Positions 15,901 through 33,026 of a stretch of DNA of 64,000 bases are shown in pieces. Source of the stretch: the human T2T-CHM13v2.0 reference genome, Homo sapiens. Within the stretch, counting starts at the first letter, position 1; each line of letters starts with the position of its first letter. Under the pieces are notes generated by a model. It saw nothing but the letters and a program-made list of their open reading frames with translations. It searched no databases and had not been told where the DNA came from. The stretch lies in the NCBI RefSeq assembly GCF_009914755.1, contig NC_060928.1, one strand, 5' to 3'. The position numbers and the translations under genes are program-made.

Positions 15901-18300
15901 TTATTCTAATAAAATAAAACTGCTATATGCACTAATTCCCAATATTGATGCATAAAATATAGGAAACATCTTGAACAGAAATAAGGCTTTAAAAAGTTCC
16001 ATTCACTGTAACACTTCTGGAGAGCTAAGCCCTCAATCCATATTGCATCCACTACCATCGGTTCTTTTCTGTATCATTTTAAACAATAACCCACATTTCA
16101 GCTCTCAGGCAAGAACGAGAGTCACATAATTGTAAAACAAAGTTTCCACACACTTTTACAAGAAATGTGGTTTTATATAGCTTCTTAGAGTGTTCATATT
16201 CATTTATACATTAATTAAGGTTACAAGAAATAATGAATGCACTAGATACATGAATAATTTTGGTGGTATCTAACAATGAGCCAGAAATGACTTTTATTTT
16301 GGTCACAAAAGATGTAACACATAGTTATGACTCAAACATTATAGTTCAAATGACTAATTTAATTATTAGTTTATGAATCTTCATTATTTTAACTGATCCA
16401 CAGTATTGTCAGCTTTACGGTTTTCAATTCACTAAATCTCTTTTCCGAGTGGGTACTTGATTGCACAACACTGAAACCTGATATTTACATGATATTACAT
16501 GCACTGGATGATCTGCCAATTTTTTAAGAGAAAATAAGGGGAAAGAACAGAAAAGCCTGAGAGGAATAATATGACCAACTACTAAAGATAGATTTCCTAT
16601 CATGATCTAACAGGAACCCTTTTATTTTCAATGTCATATAAACTATCCACTAAAATTCAATCAAAACATGAATGACCAAATATAGTTCCTTTATGTCCAT
16701 TAGAGGCAAGACACTCTGTTCAGGTTCTGTGTCATAAGAAAGGCTCTAGTATGATATTGCCCTTAAAGAGTGTAAATTCAAAGTTCTATGCCTAAATTCA
16801 GGCATAGTAAAAAGAAGAAGAAAAGGGCAAATCCAAAAAAGTATTCTAAAATATGATATTTAAAATGCATTTATAGACTTAAAGCTCAATAAAAGTTTAG
16901 AGATAAGAAAAATTAAAAATAGCAGAAGTGAAGTCTTGAGTATATGGAAAACACTAAAATATTTGATAAAGAAGACCCATTACGTTACATCATATTTAAA
17001 TATTAAAATGAAGATGGTTGTTTTTCTTATATAGTTCATAGAAATGAAAGTTAAGCATAACTTAACTATTATATAGTTCATAGACATGAAAGTTACAGTA
17101 AGCAAAGTTCACAAACACACTAATAAATGATATGATAAGAATGAAACATATATATTTTGATTCCAATACACCAGTTCTTTTTCCATACTTTTTAGAAAAT
17201 ACTGATTTCACATATTCAGGCTTCCCAAAGTTCAGTTAATACAATAACTATAAATTTTATATTCTAAAATGCTCCTGAAACACTTATTCATTCATTCACT
17301 CATTTATTTATTCAGAAAGTATATTTTATTTATATGATAGTTTTCTTAATTTTACGCTAACTGAGAGAAATAGCCTACTGACTTATTGACATACTTTTTC
17401 TAAGTTAGAAAGAACACATAAGAGGTAAGGCCACAACACATGTCAGCAACTGGTAAGATGCAAGATGTAAAAGATCAATTTCGAGCAATATTAAACAGGT
17501 ACATCTTCAAGGAAAGCCAAGTTAGAATTTATGACTTATAGAAACAAACAGATTTCTGAAGAGAAAGTGGGTTTCAAGAAAGATAAATAAAGTACGATGT
17601 TCAGTAGGTAGCCTATGTGAAATTTGATTTGATCATAATGTGCTATTTCCTGATAAATTGTGTGTATACGTGTGTGTATATTTAAGTGGAGTTACCTGGT
17701 TAATAGACCTTGTATATTAGAAAAGTAGACTAAATACAAATAGAAATAATTTCAGTTGTGAAAGTATGGATTGATAAAGAAGGTAAGTTAAGAAGATTAA
17801 TGAATCATCATTTCAAAAATCATTAGCACTACTTGGTGTAAGATAAGTAAGACTGAGTGTAGAGATTTAAAGATTTTGAGGATAGAGAAGCAAAACAACA
17901 CACAGGATCCTCTAGGTTCTCCTTGTTTTATAGAAAATGTGCTCAGGCCAGACAGAGTTAGACGCTCCGTTCACAGGACTCAAAATAGGAGAATTTTCCC
18001 CATTGGTTTTTCAGATTTATAGACTGATATGAGAGTGTGTAGCTGCCATCTATTTAAATATGTAAAACCACAGGCCTCCGAGTCCAGAAAGGCAGTGGGT
18101 AAGTAGGCATAAGAAGCCAATACTCTGCTGAGTTCCCGTACAAATACTGGATGCTGACACTAGGAGGCTTCCTTCTTGTGACGAGTGGGATCAAAACAGC
18201 TGAAACTCCCTTCCTGCCAAGCACAGGAAAGGAAAGGGTAGGAATTGTTGATGGCATCTGGTTAATTCTTCTCCTCACTCTCCATAGTTAGATCACAATT

Positions 18301-18627
18301 CCTTCCCCCCTCCCCTCCCCTCCCTCCCCTTTCCTTTCCTTTCCTTTTTTAGATGGAGTCTTGCACAGTCTTGGGCTGGAGTGCAATGGCAGGATCTCGG
18401 CTCGCTGCAACTTCCGCCTCCCAGGTTGACGCCATTCTCCTGCCTCAGCCTACTGAGTAGCTAGGATTACAGGTGCCCGCCACCACGCCCGGGTAATTTT
18501 CGTATTTTTAGTAAAGACGGGGTTTCGCCATGTTGGCCAGGTTGGTCTTGAACTCCTGACTCCATGACCCGCCTGCCTCGGCCTCCCAAAGTGCTGGGAT
18601 TACAGGCGTGAGCCACCGAGCCCAGCC
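18301..18627 (-). mobile_element. Alu (AluSg-like) with tail converted to CCCCT/TTTCC repeats
   Basis: Alu dimer; TSD agatcacaatt at 18290-18300 and 18628-18638. Confidence 0.95.
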
Positions 18628-20227
18628 AGATCACAATTTCTAAGAGGCAAGGAGGTTGTCTTTGTTGTTTTATTTTATTTATTTATTGAATTTATTTATT
18701 TGTTGAATCCTTAGAATATTAAATATTTAAAAATCCTTATTAAATTTTTTTTATTGAATCCTTAGAATCTAGCAATAGGCTCAGTAAGTGTTCAAAGAAA
18801 GTAAGGAATGCAGGGTTGAAAAAAAACAGGTTAAGACATTTATTTTGTTTTCCCGTTTTCAGTCTTGATGTAAATGAGCATCTTTAACCATTTTTGTTAG
18901 AATATCTCTAATGTACTGTTCAGGTCTAAGAATCTGTGAGTTTTATAAATTAACTATGAGATTCATAAGCTAATGTAAACTACATTCTTGTTAAAATTTT
19001 GAACACAGTATTTTTTATTCTCCTACATTTTCTAACAAATATGAAGAAAAATAATAATTTATTATTTTTATGTAGTATAAGGCAATAATATTGTTAACAT
19101 CTTTATATAGTAGATTATTTTAAAATAGCTTTGCAGGGAAATATGACATTTTCTTAAAATATAATCTGTTTTAAAAATTAATCTTGTCATAACTTTGCAG
19201 AAATAGCATTTTTCATGCATATATGTATGGAAATGCCCCAAAATATGAGTCTTCTAGACAACTATACTGAAAAAATAGAAATAATTGTATTCAAACTAAG
19301 AAACTGCACCCAGGGAAGAGGTTAAGTAAATGATGATATTTCTGGATCAAATATTTTATCATAAAACAATATTTATTGTATCAAGTATTATGTTTTTGTT
19401 ACACGTGCTTACAAGTTAAGTACACCTGGTTATAAATTCTGTACCACGTAATTACTGAAACAATTAGGTACTCAATTGTATCAAATATAAGTTGGCATAA
19501 TACAACTTGTTGAATTACATTGACTATTGCAGATAATTGATTTCAGTTGCTTAGTACAGTTCTTGGCAAATAATGTAGAAAAACAAATTATATTCTTTGC
19601 TTCCATTTTATTAATATGCATCTAGTCATCAAATATGATTATGAATATCATATAATTCAACATTGGATAATTATTAGATTGGTTAATCTAAGAGGCATGT
19701 TTGTACTTATTATTAAAAACAAAGAATGTGTAGAAAAACTAGAAATTTGTAAGCCAAATAGAAAAATGCAGTTTCTCTTGGCTACACACTCTGTATCTGT
19801 TATTTGCAAATGCCTTTTTTAAAATAAGAAAGGTTGTTATAAACAAGCAATTAAAAATTAATAGAGTAAATAAACAACTAACAGTTGCTATAATATTCCT
19901 TGTTGTATTCTTCTATTTGTATAAAGAAGTAATTAATTCTTTAACAAGAATTACAAAATACACTATTTAAATGATACAGAATTGTATTTTTTTTAATGTC
20001 TAGTCTAAAGCTGCAGTTTTCATGTGGGAACACTGTCGACTTTGGTAAGAGAACTGCACCAACTTCAGAAAATAAGTTGACAAGTGCTCTTTCTTCTGTA
20101 TTTACTGAAAGTGTGTGAGTAATGTTAGTATTATTTCTTCCTTAAAAAAATTGTTGGACTTAAATACTAAACTGCAATGGCCTGTAGTGTTCTTTGTGGA
20201 AACATTCTTTAAATTGTAAGCTATCAG

Positions 20228-20400
20228 ATCAGGTGCAGTGGCTCCTGTCTGTAAACTCAGCTACTTGGGAGGCTGAGGCAGAAGGATAGCTCGAGCCCAG
20301 GAATTTGAGGTTACAGTGAGCTATAATCACACCACTGCACTCTGGAATGCACAACAGTAAAAATCTGTCTCACACTTCAAAAAACAGAAAAAAAAAAACC
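20228..20400 (+). mobile_element. Free Alu monomer (FRAM/FAM-like)
   Basis: caggtgcagtggctc...gggaggctgaggc...gaggttacagtgagctataatc, then an A tail; single arm only. Confidence 0.85.
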
Positions 20401-21320
20401 CAAAAACTGTTAATAACATTGCCATGTTATTGCCAATGAGCGTCTTCTTTCTTTTATCCCTTATCAGTCTAGTTAGAAGCTGATTCATTTTATCTTTTCA
20501 AGAAATCAGCTTTTAAATCCATCGATTTCATTCCATGTTCATTCTCCTTTTCAAAGTTTTCTGCTTTTATTTGTATTATAACCTTTATTCTACATACTTT
20601 GGTTTTAATTTTATCTTTTCTTTCTTAATATCTTAAATTAGGAACTCATTTCTCATTTCTACTTTCTAAATTTTAGGTCTTTCTTCTTTCTTGCTACAAG
20701 AATTCAAGACCACCAGCTTTCTTCTAAGCACTGCATTGTCTCTCTTAATTGTGATATACAGTATTGTATTTTTAATTAATTTGATTCAAATTATTTTCTA
20801 ATTTTTTGTGAGTTATTTAATTCATGGATTATTTAGAAGTATGCTATTTAATTTCAAATTTAATTTCAACTTATAAAGAATATATTCTGTGTAATTTTAA
20901 TATTTTAATGATAATTAAAAATAGGAAAATTCATATTATCTAGCCCAATATATATACAATGTACATTAAGAATAATGTACAATCTGATAATTTTTGGTGT
21001 GGAATTCCACAGATACAATTTAGTAATGATAGTTAATAATGTACTTAGGTCTCTTTGTCTTTTCTGATATTTTCTCCAGTTATTTTATTGATTCCTAAGA
21101 AAGAATTTTAAAATTTTGTCTGTTTATTGTTCATTTCTTCTTTTAATTCTATTCACTTTTCTTTATGTATTTTAGTTCTGTTATATATAGACACATTTAT
21201 TATTGTTATATCTACTTGCTGAATGGCCTATTTTATTATTATGAGATGTCCCTTTCTATATTTAGTAATAGTATTAGCTATGACACATATTTTACCTGAT
21301 ATTTTTATAGCTATTCTTTA

Positions 21321-21640
<320 letters not shown>

Positions 21641-21849
21641 TCTTACTGATTGAATGATTTATCTCCTTTCAGCCATTTACTTCTAGCATGTTTGAGCCAT
21701 GTGTATCCCTTAAATACAGAATATCATTATGTGTAAACTCTTTTATTCTTTCTGGGAATCTAAATTTAAACTGGAATCTTTAATCAATTAACATTTCATG
21801 TAATTATTCACGTGTTTGGATTAAATGGCACATAATGCTGTATTTTTAT

Positions 21850-22750
<901 letters not shown>

Positions 22751-23559
22751 AATGCTCTACATTCTTATTTAATACATTTTGGCTTTCTTATATGGAATAT
22801 GGTAGAAATTGCTCCATTATTTTCTGCTTCCAATTAATGATGAAACACTCAAGCTGAAGGCAATAGAATACTCTAGTTTTTGTTATTGACTTGATATTTG
22901 TGTTAGTGTTGTTACTTAAATTGTCCTTTTCTGATTTTTTCAAAAAAATTTCTTCTGTAAAAATATTTAAGGTTATTTAGATATTGTCACTGATCTGAAA
23001 TAGTGCTACTGTGTATTTAAATGTGTTTCTCTGATAGTTCTTCTCTCTAGTTGCTTTGTTTTCTTCTCAACTATTGGGGAATTATTTTGTATGATCACAT
23101 GCTGTGATGTCTTACTCCCTTTCTTGCAAGGTTCAGTTTAAGCTGTTTTCTTCTCTGTAAAGCCTCTTTGAAGACTGTAAGAAGTAGTCGCCCAATTCCA
23201 ACTTTATGGTGCTGTTCAAATAATGGTTTTTACTGATCTAGCTTCTATAGTTAGGTGGACTGTGTACCAAAGTAAAACAGATAATAACTTAACCACCTAA
23301 TTCACAGTCTTGAATTTTTTTTGTCTTATATTTTGAATAATTTCTTTTAACTTATTGTATTTTAATTTCTTATAGCATATTTGTAATTTTCTTGGGCACT
23401 TTAAGAAACGTCTGATCATTTCTTTTTCAGAGCATTTTGCTATTGTTTTATGAGTAGTGTAATGTCTCTAATTATTTGAGGTTGCTAAATACATTTTTAA
23501 AAAATGTTATATATCCTAACTGCTCCTTTTAAAAAATCAGAGTTGATTTTTTCTATAAG

Positions 23560-23655
23560 TCTATCTATCTATCTATCTGTCTATCTATCTATTACCTATC
23601 TATCTCTATATCTATTTATCATCATCATCCATCATCATCATCTATGTATCTCTCT
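23560..23655. repeat. (TCTA)n/(ATC)n compound microsatellite
   Basis: Directly visible. Confidence 0.9.
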
Positions 23656-24940
23656 ATTATTTATTTATTTTTGTTCCTTTGGTCTTCTAATTTAATAACC
23701 TAGATTTGCTTTATATATTTAATCATCTTTATTTTCCCTTTCATATTTTAAAAATGAAGCAGAAAGAAGTTGACTCGCCTGTGTGAAAGTGAGTGGCTCT
23801 TATCATCTACCACATACTCCTGCTGCAGGGTTGATAGGGACCCAGTCATCATCCCAGAAGATCTCAAATGTCATAATGCAAAGGTTTTAGTCTCATGCAC
23901 TTTTACCCAACTAAATGTCCTGGAACCAGAGGAGAGTTTATATAGTTTTCAAGCCTAAGAGGTAAACATGTATGACGTTAAGAGCAAATATTTGACCATT
24001 ATTTCTTCTGTAGAGATGAGTGATAAAGAGGTGGTAAGAATATTTTGTAATATTTTGTTGAGATATTTCATTTTTTGTTACTATTTTCTCCCCAGTTTTC
24101 TCCTTCCTCTGTCATACTTGTACCCTAAAAGGATACTTAGGGCCCATGGTGGTTTTGATGGAATGATCAACAGCTCCCTCTATGCATGTTTAAACTTAAG
24201 CTTTTGCACTTTTGCCCAAGTAGCCAATACTCATTCAAATGTTGTTATTCCGCTCTAAATTTATTGATATAGTCCAACCACTAGTAGTCATTTTTCTAGA
24301 CGCTTTATTGTTATGATATTATCGTGTTATACTCCTATGTCAAATATTATTAGGAAAGAGACAGATAGGATATAAAAATATGTTCAGAATTTCACTTGAA
24401 TACATTCATCTATTCATATACACACCACTTATATTTGATTAAATGTGATGGGTAGAAAGAAATTTAATGTAGAATATAAGTAAATGACACAAGAAAATAT
24501 TAGCACATCAACAATACAAAAATGGTTTATGTAAGCTTGTGAATTATTTAGATATACAATTTAATTTATGTTATTAGTTGTTCTGAACCAAACACTACCC
24601 TCAGGCAGAGGCATGCCACCAGTTGCCACCACTCTACCATATTTGAGGCATAATCTTTTTTTTATACTTTTTGATCAGACTTCCAATTTAAAATGGAGTA
24701 GCAGAACATATGTTATTATGCCATCAAACAGTTTACCTTGAACAGAAAATATAAAACGCTGATGTAAAAAAAATTGGAATGGATTCTTACAAATTCATCC
24801 TAAATCTCATTTCCCCAAGCTTTGATAATCATTGAACAGTGAGCAGAGAGATTGAGGATTTTTAAAAACAAAATCCCAGGGTGCAATTCTGAACTCCAGA
24901 TTCCAGGTATTACAGCTAGATAGATAAATAGATATGAGGG

Positions 24941-24942
<2 letters not shown>

Positions 24943-24995
<53 letters not shown>

Positions 24996-25105
24996 TATAT
25001 GTATATATATACACACATATATATTATATGTACTAATATATATATCTCTAAAATATTGAGGGATATATATTTAACATATAAATATATGGATACATATATA
25101 TATTT
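24943..25105. repeat. (TA)n(CA)n compound microsatellite
   Basis: Directly visible. Confidence 0.95.
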
Positions 25106-25609
25106 AATGTTCTTTAAGGAAAATTAACCATGTTTCAAAACTAAATGCAAATAATTTAAGTTATCAGAGAAAGTTTCATTTTATGCCCAATGGAAAAGAA
25201 ACATATCTTTATTGAAGACATTTGTATCTCTTCATAAAATATAGAGGAATTAGTGACTGCAGTTCCAAAATTATATGAGCAAGACATGAAGGCTTTTATT
25301 ATTGTTATTATTCAATGCATAATACTTTGATATTACTTTTATTACTTTAAATATCAAGACATAGAATCATTTGCCTAAATCCATTGTAGTTTGCTCTGGT
25401 TTTTCTTTTTTGTCTATAACAGCTGTTAGTGTTATTAGAGAAATTAATAATCTGTAATAGTAATTAAAAGTTTTGTCAGTTTGTATATTTTATTTTTCTA
25501 AAATTTCAAAGTAAGAGAATATATATATTTATTTTAATAATGATTTTAAATTTTAAGAACCTTATGTGCTAAATAGAATCTTTAAAGGTCAAGTGATTCA
25601 TATTCTATT

Positions 25610-26095
25610 TTTTTAATTCTTTTGAAATCTAGTGGATATACAATAAACTGCATCCATTTTAAGTAAACGACTGCTTTTAGAAATTTTTCACTGAAATAAT
25701 TGCCATAGTCATCAAGATATAGACGATTTCCTTAACTCCAAAATTTCCTCATGCTTCTATGCAGCCAACTGTTACTTCAATTGCAGGACCCAGGCATCTA
25801 TTCATCTAGTGTTTGTTACTATAGATAGATTAGCTTTGCCTTTTTGAGACTATAGATTTCTTAGTTTGCCTTTTTTGAGAATTTGATATAAATAGGTTGA
25901 GACAGCATTTACTCATTGATGTATGGCTTCTTTCACTGGGCAGAATGTTTTTGAGGCTTAGCTGTGGCATTGTGTGTGTGTGTGTGTGTGTGTGTATTTC
26001 AATTGCTGAGGAATATTTCATTATGGGAATCAGTGTACTGTTTATCCATTAGCATATTGATAGACATTAGGTTGTTTCTTATATTGGGCTACTAA
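25610..26095 (-). mobile_element. Old L1M 3' end containing (TG)n at 25971-25995
   Basis: tacaataaactgcatccattttaag...tggcttctttcactgggcagaatgtttttgagg...tttatccatt. Confidence 0.7.
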
Positions 26096-26834
26096 AATTT
26101 AATTTTTTTGTCAAAATAATAAATATAATTGTAAACAAATAGGCCAAATAATACTCCAAATGTGAAGAAAATGGAGTGAATATCTATAATTTAGAAAAGC
26201 ATGTATAGCTACCCTTTGATTTTATTAAATAATAGTTCTATTTTATCTGTTAAATATAGTACAGTAACATTAATTTGGAGTATAAATATAGAATGTGATT
26301 TCACAATGTTAACTATGTTACCCATAGAAGCTACATTTATATTCACCAGAAAGACATCATCCTTATCTTGCCTCTTCATCTTTGAGATGTTGATATGGAT
26401 AAAGAAGACAATAAACCAAGACAATGTACTTCAACTTGTTGAGGGTGGGGAAAAAGTTATCAGAATTGCATTGGCTATGTGACTCATGAAAGTATATAAA
26501 AGTAATTAACATTTATCACATGTAGTACAGTGAAATACATTACCTTATTTAAATTCTAAAGAAAGAAAATTTACAAATTAGTCATGTTACACTTAAAATG
26601 AGAACCTAACCATCTGCATTTTTAATGCTCCTTAATCATTTATATCACTAATATTTATTAAGTAGATTATAAAATATTTCAAAATGTGTCTAGGTTTGTA
26701 TAACAAACATCTTAAAACCTTACCAAGGGCCCCATATTTTCATAGAATTATTAGCTTTTTGTTTCCATAGAACTTATCACTTATCCTTTGAAAATAAAGG
26801 TATAATTTATACTCTAAAATGCTGATATTTCTCA

Positions 26835-26837
<3 letters not shown>

Positions 26838-26878
<41 letters not shown>
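26838..26878. repeat. (TA)~20 microsatellite
   Basis: Directly visible. Confidence 0.97.
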
Positions 26879-26880
<2 letters not shown>

Positions 26881-27124
26881 CCTTACATTTATTTTAGTCA
26901 TATATTATAGAAAATTTGTTCAGGTAAGTTTATGTTATCTAAATGTATACGCCTTTATGTGCACATATTGTAAGAAACACAACAAATACTAAAATATTCT
27001 GTGTCATTTTAATTTGGTTAATAAACATTTGAAATGTATTTATTATGAAAGAGTGTATGCACATGTATGAGTATAATTTTATGCAGGTATTTCTAATAGA
27101 ATATTCTCTTTTTAGTAAGCAAGA

Positions 27125-28070
<946 letters not shown>

Positions 28071-28608
28071 AGTAGGATTTTTATTTATATTTTCTCTAAA
28101 TCTTCAGGATTTTGTAAGTTTTTCCAAATTCTTCCTACTTTAATTTTTTCTTATTTTTTATTTTCCTCTTGGGTTATTCATGGAGAGCTGACACTGAAAT
28201 TCATTCCAGTCATGTATCTGATGCTATATCTACAATTGTGCCATTATGAAAAGCAAATACAGTAGATTAAATACTTTGTCCTAATTCACGATGTTTAAAA
28301 ACTGGAGATATTTCCCAATGTTATATATGAATTATATTGACTTCCATGTTTCATTATGACTGATCGCAATATAAATTTACATTTAGTGATAGAACCCTAA
28401 AAATAATGTTTAGAATACACATTATTTTTCTTTTTAAGTTGAATATTTTTGTTTAATTCTAGTATCTTTCAAACTTCCTTATATTTCTTTCTTCTCACCA
28501 TAGAAAGCTCATAATTTCCTCTGGGAAAATGAGAAGACATTGCAGAAAAAATAACAGTGATGGAGCCCATGTGTTCCCACTCTGGGTCAGTCACATTTTA
28601 TGGTTTCA

Positions 28609-28944
<336 letters not shown>

Positions 28945-30060
28945 TCATCTTTCTCTTATATTTATCAATGCTATTTGTACAATTATAGAATATTGTTTCA
29001 AGAAGTTTTGGTAAACAGATGTTTGGTAAACAGATATGTGGTAAACAGAAGCAGCTAACTATACAAATAATGACACATTTGTAAGGAGAAAAGTCTTACT
29101 TTTCAGGAAAGATATTGGGGGATGGTAAGTGAAATATAATGATTCCTTCAGAAAAAGTGTAATAGTTCTTAGAAAAAGAATAAAATCACAATGAAGAAAA
29201 ACACACAAGTAACATAAACGACCATAAAAATATGTGTGCTTTCTAAAAAGCAAAAATAAAATGAAAGTATTTTAGACAAATGACCAAAATAAATACATTG
29301 AAAGTGGTATTTTCTACAGATGTATGGGTACTTGTTATAAAATTATTAAAATTGTCTTAATACAATATGTGCTTACAGACCCAGAGATAAAGAGGGGCAT
29401 GGGTGTCAAGAACTTCGATTAAAAACAAATAGATTATTATATTAATAGTCAGAAACTGGACGGTGATTTAGAAGCACATAAATTTTAAAATATTTCTTAC
29501 GCTGACCATTCATCACTTTCTGTCTATATATTTTCTTTCTGTAAAGCTATCTTTTAGAGAAGCATTTAATTTCAGTATAAACAGAGTTCTGGTTTCCGCT
29601 CTGAAATATAAGGAGCTTGGAAGTCATCGCTCCCACTGTTACAAAAAAAAAAAAAGGTTAAACAAACTGAAAACCAATGACTTTTCTCAGACCCATTAGA
29701 TAACTTATGTCACAGAACACATTACCACCTGAAATACAGAGAGAGACAAATACAATTGAGATTAGGTTATCTGGGAGCAAAAGTTGTGGGAGCCACAAAC
29801 TGGCAGAAATAACCAGATGATGTTTGCAAATTGCTGGAGGCTGAGTTTTGATTAGTTTGAGAGTGAGAAACTCCCAGCACCCAGTCTTAGGGGACCCCCA
29901 CGCTTTTGTTGTGCCTTCAGGAATTCCAGCAAGTTCTCTAGGTGAAGACCCAATAAAAATTTTCATGTGGTTTTCTGGGAAAAGGAAGGGAAAAAGCAAC
30001 CATTTTTAAGCATGTCCAGAGGATTATCCATAATGAAGCCTTACTCTCCTAATGAAACTG

Positions 30061-30364
30061 CCCTTCCTTCCTTCCTTCCTTCCTTCCTCCCTCCCTCCCT
30101 CCATCCCTCCCTTCCTCCCTTCCTTCTTTCCCTCCCTTCCTCCCTTCCTCCCTTTCCTTCCTTCCTTCCTTCTTTCCTTCCCTCCCTCCATCCCTCCCTT
30201 CCTTCCCTCCTTCCTGCCTTCATCCCTCCCTTCATCCCTCCCTTCCTTCCTTCTTTCTCTCCCTTCCTTCCTCCCTCCCTCCTTCCCTTCCTTTTTTTCC
30301 TTCCTTCCTTCCTTCCTTCCTTCCTTCCTTCTTCCCTCCCTCCCTCCCTCTGTCTCTTTCTCTC
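30061..30364. repeat. ~300-bp polypyrimidine (CCTT/CCCT)n tract, the expanded tail of the adjacent Alu
   Basis: Directly visible. Confidence 0.97.
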
Positions 30365-30531
30365 TTGGAGCCTCACTGTGTTGCCCAGGCTGGAGTACAG
30401 TGGCACAATCTTGGTTCACTGCGACCTCCACCTCCCAGGCTCAAGCGATTCTCCTGCCTCAGACTCCCAGTAGTTGGGATCACAGGTGCTCACCACCATG
30501 CCCAGCTAATTTTTGTATATTTAGTAGAGAC
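30365..30531 (-). mobile_element. Alu right arm and linker (AluJ-like, 5'-truncated)
   Basis: gttgcccaggctggagtacagtgg...ctcaagcgattctcc...ttagtagagac. Confidence 0.9.
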
Positions 30532-32529
30532 CTAGGGAAAGGGCAATTAGCAACTTCAGTCTGATTTTCCTGTCTCACCTAAGGGGAAAAAAGTAGTGTG
30601 TGAGATAAATGGAAACACTCTCAAATCAGAGAGTTTTCTACTTTTTTGTGAGATAAAGAGATTCTCTACTATTTATAAATAGCTTTATCTCAAGGGGTCC
30701 AGCATATATTTAGCTGATGAAAGAATTTTCATTGCTTAATTAGCTGATATATAGAAAGAGAGACTTCATAAGTAATAAAAGGAAATAACTCATGGCTTTA
30801 TATGTTACTGCATTTAACTCAACTTTTCTACATAACATAATCAATATATACATGTTTTGGCATTACTTCATCTTCCTGGAGGGACCTTCTTGGGAACTTG
30901 TTCGTATTTTTATAATGATTTCCAAATAAGTTGAAATCCTTTTTTTGAACTTTTGAACAAGGATGAGATACGAAGAAGAAAACTAACAGTTATACTGATG
31001 AATGGAAATGACAGTTTGTAAATGACACTAAAATAGTTTTTAATTAAGCAAGCAAAATGAAAATAAACTTCAGCCCTATTAATTATAAAAAAAATGTACA
31101 GGTGAGCATGGATATCAGCTGAACTCTAAACAGCAACTACAAAAAGCTCATTGCAAAGAATAACTTGTTTACAGTCTGGGAAGTGGCAGGTTAATTCACA
31201 AAAGAAGCAGAAGCGTCAGTAAGCCGATTTGATAGCCCAGAATAAAATAAAACAAAACAACCAAAGACTATCGGTTATTTAACTTTCAAGGCAAATTCTG
31301 TATAGCCAAAATCTGGTCCTTGATCTTTGTTTCTTCTTTTCAGCAATTTGAAAGTAACTTATTTTCCAATTTTGAATTAATCCATGTATGACAGAGTTTG
31401 CTTGAATGTTCAAACAACTCTCAAGTGATTTAAAACCAAAACTCTAATGATTTGGCATATATTTTCTATTCTTACAAATAATAGTCTGCATTGGAATGAG
31501 CAAAGTTCAGATAGAACTTACTTACATACTTTTATTACTATGAGTTGTTAATAAATGGCTAAATATCCACGAATTTTATGAGCTTGGGCCAGCTCTTAGA
31601 CATTAGTATAACTACATCAATGCCTAGAACAATGAATTATTGCCAGGATCCATTTGGTCATCAAAAAATATTCTTTCCTTAATACAAAAAAATTATATTT
31701 CTTAATATAAAAAAATTATATTTCTTGAACCCATGCTTGTTCAAGCTGAAACAATTTTGACTTTCCTTCACTTCTTAATTATGTTGTGACCTATAAAGAC
31801 AGGAAATTGGTTTGTATTGGAAATTTGCAAAGTTTTGTAGCTGCCATCTTTTTTATCCCAAAATACTTGTTTAAATTTTTGTTCAATAAATGCATTCATA
31901 AAGTATATATATGTAAAGTATAAAATAGTATAAAGTAAACACTATCTTTCATATCTCTACTGCATCTGCCGGCTTCTCATACCATGAGATGTAACAACTT
32001 CACTTATTTCTATATTAGTGTTCCAGAAATGCTTATTATTAAAGAAGTTGTATATATATATATATAATTTTTTCCCACTTTATTTTTATGAAAGCCAACT
32101 GTTCACTCTAGATTAACTTGTTTTGTTCCACTTAACAATATATCTTAAAGAATTCACCATCTTGATAATTAATGAGGTTCTGTCATTTTTTTGCTCATTT
32201 GTTTATTTTTGCGTTCTTTCTTTTTTATTGTGGTAAAATATACATAATATAAAATTTACAATTGTATTCATTTTTAAGTGCACAGTTCTGTGGCATGCAG
32301 TGTGGTCACACTGTCATGCAACCATCACCACTATACATATCCACAAATTTTATCTTCTCCAACTGAAACTCTGTCCTCATTAAACATGAACTCACTTTTC
32401 CTTCCACCCTCCATTCTCTGACAACCCCCATTCTACTTTCTGTCTGTGTGAATTTAACTACTCTCATGTAAGTGGAATCAAAATATGTGTCTTTTTTGAC
32501 TGACATTTCACTTAGCTTAATGTCCTTAA

Positions 32530-32865
<336 letters not shown>

Positions 32866-33026
32866 TAACATTTTCTTCTGTTTAAGACGAAAGAATATTC
32901 CATTGTATGTGTGTACCACGATATGATTATCCATTCACCCTCAGTGGAAACTTGGCTTGTTTCCACCCCCTAGCTATTGTGAGTGCTGCTACTATTAACA
33001 GGGGTGTACAAATATCTGTTTGAGTT

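Larger units (their letters stand above)
29583..30600 (+). mobile_element. Probable old L1M 5' region fragment
   Basis: ttctggtttccgctctg...ggagcttggaagtcatcgctccc...aaacaaactgaaaaccaatgacttttctcagaccc resembles recalled L1M3/4 5'UTR sequence. Confidence 0.5.

Noticed and set aside
29912-29924. 13-nt match (tgccttcaggaat) to the 40-bp Alu insert as its local donor
   Set aside because: Too short, and the rest of the insert does not match; compatible with chance
29967-30564. Four overlapping 121-170 aa ORFs
   Set aside because: Stop-free reading of the CCTT/CCCT tract plus Alu sequence; low complexity, not genes
31678-31727. Short AT-rich tandem duplications (also ~18700-18770 and ~52293-52331)
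   Set aside because: Ordinary slippage in low-complexity DNA
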